Positions 25,720-36,632 of a stretch of DNA of 64,000 bases are shown piece after piece. Origin of the DNA: Eledone cirrhosa (Eukaryota); the NCBI GenBank assembly GCA_964016885.1, contig OZ024746.1, positions 99,262,001 to 99,326,000 on the forward strand, written 5' to 3'. Each line of letters starts with the position of its first letter. Position 1 is the stretch's first letter. The notes below the pieces were generated by a model. That model did not search any database, was not told the origin of the DNA, and worked only from the letters and a program-made list of their open reading frames with translations. The position numbers and the translations under genes are program-made.

Positions 25720-26360
25720 TCGAAATACGAACGATAATCAGCAGACTACTGAAGAGGACATTTTAACCCTTGTCTATTGTTATTCATATGTTCATGTTCG
25801 CAACAACGCAGCACGCCATTCTTCATTCACATATTTTTTCCCTTCGTTGTGGTTCGTATTTTTTCTGTCACCTGACTGCTATCACCCTTTCTCTCTCCTT
25901 CACCTCTTGCCTTCCTCAAATCCCGCTGCTGGTCACTCACTCTCGGCTGGCCTTTCCTCCCACTCTCACTCACTCCCTCTCTGCTTCTCCACCCCTCTCA
26001 CTTCCTCCCGTCTGACCTGCTTGTATTTCTTTCCCCTCTCAATCTTCTCGCGACTCGGACGTGTCTATTTCTCCTCGTCAATTTGATATGTCGGACTTAA
26101 GCCCACTGGATTCATTGACTTGTCCCTCTTTTCCTCTCTTTACGTTGCATACCACCATGTGTGTGTTTCCTTCCCTCTGTTTTCCCACTGTCCCGATAAC
26201 TTAATTGAGTTATCGCTCGCACTGGTTATAGGTATCTAGTCTTTAATGCGTCGAAATACAAACGATAATCAGCAGACTACTGAAGAGGACATTTTAACCC
26301 TTGTCTATTTTTATTCATATGTTCATGTTCGCAACAACGCAGCACGCCATTCTTCATTCA
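25720..26360 (+). mobile_element. Non-coding element with 110-bp terminal direct repeats in (TA)n (pLTR-like)
   Basis: 25720-25829 ~ 26251-26360; contains CTGAAGAG-gaca..tgtc hairpin. Confidence 0.65.
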
Positions 26361-26670
26361 TATATATATATATAAAGTGAAGTTGAACGTTGTTTGTTTA
26401 TTTGTTTGGTGTCCCGAACTTGCAGACTACACCGTTCATTCGATTTTCATGAAACTTGACACATATATAAAACTCGACCCGTAGATTGGAATATGGCATT
26501 TTTTGTTCTGTTTACGATTAAATTTTATGAGCGTATTTGCAAATTGCTATTGTTCTTTAATTTTTGTCTACACCAAAGGAGGTCATCATGAAACAGGAGT
26601 TGTATTTCCACATGTTACGGCGGAATATATATATATTAATAAATGTAGACATTCACGTAATCAAAATATA

Positions 26671-26732
26671 TTTTATTATATATATTTCGGCGGTACTGTG
26701 CTGCTTTTTCAGTACGTCCTCATCAGATAAAA
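26671..26732 (-). ncRNA. Type I hammerhead ribozyme, intact core
   Basis: ttttat-CTGATGA-gg-ac-gtactg-(11 nt)-cagtac-cg-cc-GAAA-tatata-TA-ataaaa. Confidence 0.87.
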
Positions 26733-26809
26733 TACATAAATTGATGTATGACATACCTCAACTGTGCTGATGGTTCAATTCCAGTCTTGGCATATATATA
26801 AATATATAT

Positions 26810-26935
26810 ATAGGAACCAGTAAGACCCCGACGGCTGAGCTCAAGCCGTTTCGACGGCTAATTCTGGACTATTGAGTCCAGAATTAGCCGTCGAAACGGC
26901 TTGAGCTCAGCCGTCGGGGTCTTACTGGTTCCTAT
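26810..26935. repeat. Perfect palindrome (61-bp arms, 4-nt loop) made of hammerhead 3' halves
   Basis: arms 26810-26870 / 26875-26935. Confidence 0.92.
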
Positions 26936-27010
26936 TACCCACTCTACTACCCCAAGTATTGAGTACTTTGGTGCGTTATGGTCCACCTGGTTCCTTACCA
27001 CATTTCCTTC

Positions 27011-27111
<101 letters not shown>

Positions 27112-27160
27112 AATAAAATAACAAGGACGATTGGTTACTCCTTCATTACGTTTATTGGTT

Positions 27161-27245
27161 GGTGACGCGCGTTTCGCCACTGATCAGCTCAAGGTTCGAT
27201 CTGTATCGATCTAGCCCGACTCTGTAATCCGCGGCTCGTCAGACC
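27161..27245 (-). ncRNA. Type I hammerhead ribozyme with extended stem II, intact core
   Basis: ggt-CTGACGA-gccgc...gtggc-GAAAC-gcgc-GTC-acc, followed by AATAAA. Confidence 0.87.
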
Positions 27246-27355
27246 CCTTATAATGGTAATGGAACAATGAAACCTCTACACCTCGACACGGAAGTGAACC
27301 TAAACATCGAGTGCTCACCCGGGTGAATCTACAGTAACTCCAAGTTCCACCCCAT

Positions 27356-27395
<40 letters not shown>

Positions 27396-27419
27396 GTATC
27401 TATGTATGTATGTATATAC

Positions 27420-27468
<49 letters not shown>

Positions 27469-28041
27469 TATCTATGTAAAAGTGAGTGAATCATGTTTTG
27501 AGTGTCACGAGTTAGACGCGAGAGAGATAGAGGCAGAGATTAAATATATAAACAAATGGAATGTTTACTAATCAGAATCATCTTAGGAATCTACATAACC
27601 TGATCATTACCTAAACATAAACATCATGTAGTACAATATAAATATGTAAAATATGCCATCGTTTCATAATTGTTGGCAGTTAGAAATCCCCTCCAGGCAT
27701 GTCATTCGTTGTATGCAGCGTTTGCTTATTACGTCATATAAAGAAAGGTCACTGATTCATAGGGAAACAAATGTTCTACAAATAGGCCAGGGTGAAATCT
27801 GTATAGAAAACCTCGCAATTTGTTAGTTGTCTCTTATACATCTTACTTTTAATACTAGAGAAACCGTCCACTGTAATTACTGGATACAGGAGAATTTGTT
27901 TTATACTTTAGTTTACTGGCGCACGCGCGCACGCGTGCACACATTCATTTATATTAAGGCTAAAAGGGGAATCTTGTTACTCTGGAGCTTCGCCTGTTTA
28001 TCACAGGGATCAAGGGTTGTCAGACAAATACATACATACAT

Positions 28042-28134
<93 letters not shown>

Positions 28135-28246
28135 TCATTAGTTAAGCAAAACAAGATCACAAATTTCACAAGGTAGACATTATTAAAAGATTGTCAACAT
28201 ATTTTAGTTTGATGTAAGGAATGTAGAGAATAATAATAATAATAAC

Positions 28247-28415
28247 AATGGTTTCTTATATAGGCATAAGGCCAGTAATTTGGGGGGAGGGGAAAGTCGA
28301 TTAAATCGTGACTGGTACTTTATTTTATCGACCCCATAAGGATGAAAGGCAAAGTTAACCTCGGTGGGATTTGAACTCAGACCGTAAAGGACCGTAACTC
28401 TATGCTGCAAAGCAT
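28247..28415 (-). mobile_element. Main-family SINE (5'-truncated)
   Basis: consensus match. Confidence 0.8.
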
Positions 28416-28425
28416 AATAATGCCC

Positions 28426-28544
28426 GTTTACAATTGTTTCGCTACTCCATATAATATTTCTGGATCAAATGACTATATATCATTATTGATCCGGTTCAGT
28501 TGAAAATAATTAACATAATTAAAGATAGAGCGGCTCATCGGAAC
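28426..28544 (-). ncRNA. Hammerhead with U4C core variant and ~90-nt stem II domain
   Basis: gtt-CCGATGA-gccgctctat...atggagtagc-GAAAC-aatt-GTA-aac. Confidence 0.7.
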
Positions 28545-28909
28545 TTCAAAGGAATATAAATTAAAATAAGGAATGTTACATAATGTAGTGTTCCATATAT
28601 TGGTATTTCACTATGGTGTCCTGGGTGTATCGATTGTCTGCCATAATCAAGCAGTATTCTTCTGTCGAGGCTGCATTGTGTGAGATCTGCCTATGGGTAA
28701 CAAGATGGCCGCCAATGGACATATTTACCTTACTAATTAGAGGGTGGTTTCAGGGGAGGTAACTCCTCGAGAGATTAGAAATTGTGGGTAGTTTATAGTT
28801 AAGTGCTAATTTTTTAATTTTTTAATTGAGAGACAATGTAACTTATAATTATCTAAGTTAATTATAGCTATTTAACTTATTAGCTACAAGTAAAAAAAGG
28901 GCTAGATGA

Positions 28910-31418
28910 CTATGTTGGGTCAAATATTCTGTTGGCGAAGGAATTAGCCCTTCGATGTTGACAGCTAATAGTTACCTCCGTTCTATCGTTAATCGGTAGA
29001 GGTCGTGATAGTTATGTAATATGCTTCGGTAATACAGAGATCACAAGATTTTCTTCGTCCATTGAACGGTTGGGCCCTAGCTAAGATATCCCATGTTAGT
29101 GAGTGTTCAATGTTGGTTAATTTAAGGTTTTTAATGAGACTAGCTAGAGATGTCGATCATCTGTTGTTAGGGTCTCGGAAGGAAAAAGAGTGCGCGTTAT
29201 AGCGTACCTTAAAAGGGTTAGAGGTAGACCCGATATAGGAGCTGGTATTCGAAGCAGTTTTAACCGTGCACCTATAGACTATGTTGGGTGTCAGGCAGTG
29301 TCCATTTAGTGGGCATGCATTGGGGTAACGGCAGTTGCAGTTGCTTCTGCGGTTAGTGAGAGTAGGGTAGTTTAACCTAAGTGGTTGGTCAGTGTTAGAA
29401 GGATTAGATGGGGGAGGTGTGCTACTAGAGTAAGTATTGGTGTAGTGGCGTGGTGTATTTGATCGGGATGGTGGTACTGCGGTCTGGGAGTAATACTGTC
29501 TTAGTTTATGGTGGTTACTGAATGCGATGTGGCTAGCTAGGTTAGGTGTTGTGGAGAATGAGATTTTAATGTTATTTTTATTAAAGAGTTTGTAATATCT
29601 ATGGTTGGGGGGTGGGAGTTTAGATAGGATAGAGAAGAAGCGTTTAAGGATATTAGTGGCTAGATTAGATGAGAATGGGGGGGTTAAGCCAGGTGATATT
29701 TCTAGGCCTATTCATTCTAGGGGTTCTAGTGGAGTTGGTAGGGGCCTTCCTAGGGTTATTATTACCTGGGAATTTTTTATTTTTCATCCCATTGCTCATT
29801 CCTATTCTAGGGTTGATTTTTAGTTTGCTACTTGGAGTGGGAAGCAGGCCGCTGCCACCATTAAGGTTCCCTGTATAGGTGCTGTTACTGCTAAAATTCC
29901 GGCGAATCTGGCTATATGCTATGGTATTTCTAGTTCTAGTGTTAAGATTATTATAGTTGTGGTGAAGTGCTGTGTTATGGCATTTAGGTATGTAGTAAAT
30001 GGACTGTTCATAATCAGATTCAGAAAGAGCCTTATTATAATATGCCGCATGGTTTATAAATATCTCCTCATTTGCTGATAGCATGGAGATCATATACGAG
30101 ATAGATTTGATTACTGCTCTGATGACTGCCGGTGGGTGGTTAGAGTGTGGGCTAATATATGTAAGTATTTCACCTGGTTTATGGTAAGAGTAATATAGGT
30201 TATTGTTAAGATGATCCAGGGTGACGTCTAGGAAGTTTACTACTTTAGAGTTCGGCTCGATGGTGATAGAGAGACCGTTATTTTTAAAGAATCTATGTAA
30301 TTGTTTTTTGAGCAAATCAATGCCCCGATTAGTGCAATTGTGGACTGCAAATAGGGCGTCGTCCCTGTATATTCCGCCTTGCAAGGGTTGGATTTCGGCT
30401 CTGATGTTATGTAATAGGTAAATTCCAACTAAATCGGTGATTTGCGCAGAGTCACTTGAGCCCATCGTGATGTCAAAGTTGTCTGTTCTGTCTTTTCTAG
30501 TCCAGAATGCTCCGTTGAATTCAATGATGCTCTGCCTAGCCATAAGTATGATGTCAATATCATTATTGGTTATGTCCGAGTTGGTGCTGGCTAGGGTTAA
30601 TGCTTTGTTGAGCAGTTCCGGGGTTATTGAAGCGTAATAGCTGTCAATGTCAAATTGGATGAACCTCATAGATTGCTTGGACCTTAGATCGGAGAACCAT
30701 CTAATGACTTGGCCGGTGTTGGACCACAACTTGTAGATGATATCGTCCCGTAGCCCAGGGATGATCCTATCAAGGATATTCTTACTGATACGACCCAGGT
30801 CGGATGTGGTTGGGCTTATAAGCCTAATAGATGGGTTCTCTATAAAGTTTGGCTTATGATCCTTGAGATAAAACCTTGGGGTTGTAGGTACATAAGGGTG
30901 GATAAATCTATCCAGATGCAAGTCCTTAACCAAAGCCTGGGCTTTTCGGTTAAGTACGTTTACACTGGAGGGTATAGTTTTTTTAATAGTTTTTATTAAG
31001 TTCCTTAAGAAGGAAAGAGTTGTAAGTTTCAGGAGTCATGGTGTATAGATTTTTGGTTTTGTCAGACATAACATGTTAGAGGTGGCTATCTTTAAAAAAT
31101 GTTATAGTTGTTGCTAATTTTGTGAGGAAATTATTCTTGTCTATAATGCTTTTTGAATTTAATGCTCCTGACGAAGTTGAATAGATCTTTCTCAAAAGGG
31201 CCCAGCAGGATGTGTGGGAGGTTCTTGCAGGTGGTAAATCCATGTCTGTTTGCTGTACTTCCGGCGTCAGCAGCACCCGCACGGTCGAATTGGAAGGCTT
31301 TCCATCTTATTCTTCGGATGAAAGAGTTGACACTCTGTATTAGGAGCTTGAGGTATGTCTTCCTGCCCGGGGTAGGTATGGACTTAAGTGAGATCCTGAG
31401 TTCCTGCTTGCTCAACAT
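28910..31418 (-). pseudogene. PLE reverse transcriptase + C-terminal GIY-YIG endonuclease (frameshifts near 31130, 31000, 29680, 29000; TGA at 29157-29159)
   Basis: ISLKSIP, RRIRWKA, LKDHK, RLISP, FDIDSYY, MGSSD, YRDD, FLDVTLD, HSNHPP, WLNPP, CNC..CPL, IVY..YIGST, CDLC, CQHR. Confidence 0.93.
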
Positions 31419-31648
31419 GGTGACTTCTAACAGTAAATAGCTCAACTATGGCTTCTTAACCATCGTCTCAGCGTCTATGACCATTTTAACTTATGTTTAT
31501 AGCTCTGATAGCTTCTTCATATCCATGGAGCGCTTGTCTGCACAATATGGAAGTTGCGTTTCGCTAAATTTCTGACTGCCGAAATGCGATAACCGCAAAA
31601 ATATATATTTGTATATATATATATATACATACACACACATGCACACAC

Positions 31649-31743
<95 letters not shown>

Positions 31744-31875
31744 CACGGAAAATATATTTAAGGATCTGATTTTCTTTTCTTCCTCCTTGATTCGTCAAAG
31801 TAACATTATTGAAAATATGAGAGGGACAATTCTTTAAAAAAAAAAGTTTTATAATCCATATAAAGTATCTACAGT

Positions 31876-31918
31876 ATAACCGGTTTCGATATATCAGTGT
31901 GAACCATCTCATCAAATG
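31876..31918 (-). ncRNA. Degenerate minimal hammerhead
   Basis: TTGATGA-gat...atc-GAAACCGGTT. Confidence 0.45.
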
Positions 31919-32570
31919 TTGAATATTACAATTAACAAGAATTAAAAAGAATAAAAAGGAATAACATTTATTTAAAATTTGAAATTATAATTTTTACAAA
32001 CGGGATAAAAACATATATTCTGGACGCAGTCCTGCACTCCTCCCTTTATTATATTATGATTTCTTGTGTAGATCAATACACCGCGCACAAAATTGAATAG
32101 GTTTGGGCAAAAGCAACCGGCAGGAGATCCAGAGGTAGACTACGAGCAAGATGGTTGGATAACATCCATGAGCTTGGCTGATCTCACTGGGGATCCAGTT
32201 GGATCAGCTGGAGACGGTTGCTTCTGATAGGACCTGCTGTATTTAGATTTTTATTGTGTATCAAGCTGTTATGTACGTTTCGCAGAGGATGGGCTCGGGG
32301 TTACCCATAGAAGTTATGGACCCGATTCCATTATCGATCTGCTTTTCAGACAAGCGATTCGACAAAAAAAAAACATAGTCTTCAAGTAATTCACAGAATC
32401 ACATACACACATACACTATATATATATATATAGTAATCATAAAAAATGTGAAAACTAAAATCCGAAGAGGGCTCGATAAGGATTATATATATTATATATA
32501 TATTAGTTTCAGAAGATCCAGTTAAGGGTGAAAACAGCGATTCTTTGCCTTACACTTTAATCTGTCATAT

Positions 32571-32630
<60 letters not shown>

Positions 32631-32666
32631 CGTTTCTGAATCCTCCATTCTCATTATGCCAAACCC

Positions 32667-33557
32667 ATGACTTCCAAACATCTGATCCACCGAAACTCGG
32701 CCATTTCGGACCATACCAAAATCAACATACTGATTGCGGATTTGGTACGGGTGATGAGAAATGTGTCCCGCATGTGCAACCCCGAAGAACTAGAGAGACA
32801 CATACAACACTTCATCCACCGTATGCAATTCTCTGGCTACAATCAGAGAGATAGAATCAGAGTGTATAGAGGAGCCAGAACCAAATGGGAAAAAATGGTA
32901 AATAATGAAATAAATGGGACCTGCCCCTTGTATAGGAGCAAATTTTGGAATAGAATAGAAAGAACTAGGAACAAGGCCAATAGAATAAACTCATGGTATG
33001 ATAGCAATAAATACCAGAGTGTAATGTTCATCGATACAACCCCTAGACGCGAACTAGCCTACAAATTTAGAAGGGCCCTAAATAAACATAAACTCAATAT
33101 TAAGATAGTAGAAAGACCAGGTACCTCCGTAAAAACACTTATTAGCAAGACATACCCGTTCCAAAGACCCTCATGTATAGATAAGAAATGTATAACCTGT
33201 AAAATAAGCCCCCATATTAACTGTAAAACTAGAAATGTAGTGTATAGCATAAGATGTACTGAAGGACAATGTAGAAACAAAAATATAGTGTACATAGGTG
33301 AGACAGCTCGTAGTATAGGGGAACGGATAAATGAACACTGGCGAGACCTTCAAGATAATAAAGAATCATCTGTACTCTACCAACATGCTAAGATAGAACA
33401 CAAGGGTAAATTAGAGAACATAGAAATAAAAATAGAATCTACACACAGAAAAGATGCAATGTTTAGACAAATTACAGAGGCAATAAACATAAAAGAATTA
33501 CAACCAAAATTAAATAGAAAATATGAGTGGAACAGCAACATCACAGCTTACAATTAA
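32667..33557 (+). CDS. PLE RT thumb + GIY-YIG endonuclease (uninterrupted, 5'-truncated)
   Basis: KPM..K..IH..SA, SGY, VERPG, CxxC, NVVYSIRC, YIGETARS..ERINEH, Q.TEA..I....PKLN. Confidence 0.88.
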   Translation: MTSKHLIHRNSAISDHTKINILIADLVRVMRNVSRMCNPEELERHIQHFIHRMQFSGYNQRDRIRVYRGARTKWEKMVNNEINGTCPLYRSKFWNRIERTRNKANRINSWYDSNKYQSVMFIDTTPRRELAYKFRRALNKHKLNIKIVERPGTSVKTLISKTYPFQRPSCIDKKCITCKISPHINCKTRNVVYSIRCTEGQCRNKNIVYIGETARSIGERINEHWRDLQDNKESSVLYQHAKIEHKGKLENIEIKIESTHRKDAMFRQITEAINIKELQPKLNRKYEWNSNITAYN

Positions 33558-33763
33558 GGACAAAATGAAAACACACACACACATAGAACAAACAACCAAC
33601 CAATAACATGTAAATAAATAAACAAATAGATAAATGAACACAAACACACACAGACACCCGGATGTGGCGCATGCGCAAACTGAGCACACAACACACACAC
33701 ACAGAAACAAAATGGCGTAGGACAGAAGAAAGGAAAGGCACAGAAACAAAGAAAGGAATCCCC

Positions 33764-33808
33764 AGTCACTGAAGAGGTCACAGAGTGTGTGACGAAAGGA
33801 CTATGACT
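33764..33808 (+). ncRNA. Minimal type I hammerhead, intact core
   Basis: agtca-CTGAAGA-g-gtcac-agagtgt-gtgac-GAAA-g-ga-c-TA-tgact. Confidence 0.85.
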
Positions 33809-34794
33809 ATATATAAACAACTATCTGGTTGTGGAACCAACCAACCAACCAGAAATTTATAAATTTGTAGATTTGTAAATTTATAAATTTATAAATATAT
33901 AATAAATTGAAGTGAAAGCAACTGGTGCGTGTGTTTCTTATTGGCAACATGACCCTCCCAAAGTATAACAATATATATATATATATATTAGTAAAAGGAA
34001 AAGAAAATGCTGACAAATTTTTCCCAGTGAAAAATAGTTTAATTAGGAATAAGTATAAATTAGTAATAGGTATTGGTTAGTATTCAGTGCGCATTTCTAA
34101 TGCTTTTCAAAAATAATTTTGAGATAGAGCGCCCGTGATGGTTGCTGTGTGTGTGTGTGTGTGTGTGTGTTTGTTTGTGTGTGCGTGTGTTTGTGTGTGT
34201 GGGTGTGGGTGTGTGTGGGTGTGTGTGTATTAATGTGTATTCTTGTGTTCTGTGAATATGTATACACATCCATAAAGTCTCCCAGAATCCTCCCCATACT
34301 GACAGGCGCCGATGTTTGTCATGAAAACAGATTTATTCCTCATGCAGCGTCTTCGGAGAAACCTTCCAGTACACAGAGAGTTCTATTGAACCCAGATGTT
34401 CACATAGTTTAACATAAGTACCACTTTAAGAGGCACTATCAATGTCTTGAGTTACCTTTAATGTACAATATCACTTCTCTAGCAGAACTGCTGACAAATT
34501 CGGTGGATGTCCTTCAACTCTTCCTATTTCCTTCATCTATTATTTTGTAGTTTTGTCTGGCGACGGAAATGTTTTTATTTTTAACATTTCTGTAATAGTA
34601 GCTCACATGTTTCAAGATTAATATTACTTTTATTTGCTTTCTGTATTTGATGTTTATTTTTTAGATTCGTAGTATATATTATAGAATAAGCTATGAGGCG
34701 TTCAGATGTTCCTTTTATGTTACGATCTTTTATAAAGAATAGAAAAAAAAATGTTTCATTAGAGTTTCTCGATGTATGTATGTATGTTTGTATG

Positions 34795-35290
34795 TTTATC
34801 CCTTTCTCTTAATTTCGAGTATATTTTTGACCGGCCACCTTCCTGGTGGCAAGGTTGTAAAAGAAAAGAAATTGTCATCCCTTGTATCGCAAGAATGTTT
34901 TGAAAATTTTGAAGGTGCCAGCTATCGCAGCCGTTTGTAGACTATGAATTAGGGAGCTGCGCTCTTTGTCCGCAAATCCAAGTTCAGTTATACATTGGTC
35001 CAAGCGGGTTGGTATATAACCAGTAGCTCCAATAATGATGGGTATGAAGCTGAAGGTGTATCTTAGATACTGGATCTGCGAACTCCTCATCAATGGTCCG
35101 TAGATGTCCTCCTTCTCTTGTATTTTTCTGACAACTTTTACATCAAGTGACATCAAGTTTTCAATGTGTAGTCCCAAACTACAATATCGGGCCGGTTGTG
35201 CTTTAATTTGGTGGCAGTTTTTATTTTCAGGTTCCACCAGTATTCTTTAGTGCCATCTGTTTCAATATATTCTTCCTCGTTTGTTGTTAA
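34795..35290 (-). mobile_element. 3' end of RLE-type (R4/NeSL-like) LINE, divergent family, in (TATG)n
   Basis: EKEDIYGPLMR..Q..Y..YTF.FIPIIIGATG, homologous to ORF 36855-37178. Confidence 0.72.
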
Positions 35291-35504
35291 TTATGTATGT
35301 ATGTACGGTATGTATGTTTGTATGTATGTATGTAAGTTTGTATGTATGTATAAATGTATGTATGTATTTATGTAAGTTTGTATGTATGTATGCACGTACA
35401 TATGTATGTAAGTTTGCTTGTATGTATGTAAGTTTGCTTGTATGTATGTACGTATGTTTGTATGTATGTATGTAAGTTTGCTTGTATGTATGTATGTATT
35501 TATG

Positions 35505-36110
35505 TCAGGTCACCAGTTGGTGCTACTGGTAACATGTATCCCAGTACAACCTGTCTCATGGTCGGCTTGTTGGCGACTAAATTGGCAACCCCACCAAGGT
35601 TTCTTGGTGGGGAGGGTGACTTTGGACATTCTGCAGGACTAAAATCAAAACCTGTCAAAGGGCAAAGGAGCTCTTAAGAATCAATGTCCATCCAAAATCA
35701 CCGGGAGAGATGACCCCTTAGCCTTTGTCAAGGCAGAATTCTAGGAGAAGGAAAACTCTGATATAACACCTGCAACTCTGATGGTATCCAATGATGTTGA
35801 CTTGTTCTTCTTTTTGGTAAATATCATCTTGGTTAAGAGAGTGGGACTGGCTTTGTGCAGTGCCTTTGCTCACTATAAAAGCTTCACGGTACAGGCATTG
35901 CTTTATATCTGGAGATCACTCTGCACTTGTCGTCACATGGTACCATGGGCCCAGCACTATGTGTCAATAATTGTCACAAGTGTAGTGTTTGTACCAGAGT
36001 TTTCAAGTCGCTGGCTGGACTAAAAATCACACTCGTTCAGCGCTTCGGTAGGGTTTCTCCTACATGGATATAAAGTAGTGGCCGTACTCGAAAACGAGTT
36101 GGCAGCCACG
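35505..36110 (+). mobile_element. Non-coding retroposon-like element embedded in (TATG)n
   Basis: homologous to 59024-59840 and 36203-36553; ctaggagaaggaaaactc block; conserved ggccRtactc..aacgag..ggcagcc end. Confidence 0.65.
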
Positions 36111-36202
36111 ATGTATGTATGTATGAACGTATGTTTGTATGTATGTACGTACGCACGTCCGTATGTACGTACGTACGTCCGTATGTACGTATCAATGTAT
36201 GA

Positions 36203-36553
36203 TATGCGCGGGGACAGAAATAGTCGGGCTGGACACCAGATCGCGCGGTTAAAGCACTGGGAGTGAAGGACTCCTAGCTTTTGTCAGGGCATTCCTCTAG
36301 GAGAAGGCAACTCAAGAAAGTGGGACAACTCCAACATAAAACCTGCGGCTCAGTAGTTACCGATAATGTCGATCTTCTTTTCGGGTTATTAGCTACTATC
36401 GCTCAGAGAGTGGGATTGGCTCAGTGGACAGTCTTTCCTCACTTTAAAAATAATCTTCACACGCAGGCATTGCACGGTAGCATTAGTTAATAATTATTAA
36501 TAATGTTATATCGTGCAATAGCCATACTTGATAACGAGGGGACAGTCATCAAG
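36203..36553 (+). mobile_element. Truncated copy of the same non-coding (TATG)n-associated family
   Basis: closely matches 59281-59840 minus the SINE insert. Confidence 0.75.
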
Positions 36554-36632
36554 TATGTATGTATGTATGTATGTATGTATGTATGTATGTATGTATGTAT
36601 GTATGTATGTATGTATGTATGTATGTATGTAT

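Larger units (their letters stand above)
28418..31605 (-). mobile_element. Near full-length Penelope-like retroelement (probably Hydra-clade type)
   Basis: 5' leader next to (TA)n, single RT + GIY-YIG reading frame with a few disruptions, 3' UTR ending in a hammerhead. Confidence 0.92.
32630..33970 (+). mobile_element. 5'-truncated PLE of a different clade (Neptune/Nematis-like) in (TA)n
   Basis: ORF 32667-33557, hammerhead at 33764, AATAAA at 33901, TA flanks. Confidence 0.88.

Noticed and set aside
29157-29159. In-frame TGA in the PLE endonuclease as selenocysteine (as in some Naiad PLEs)
   Set aside because: It aligns to S/K rather than Cys in the two homologues here; the element has other lesions and a C-terminal EN; no SECIS recognised. 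A nonsense mutation is more likely
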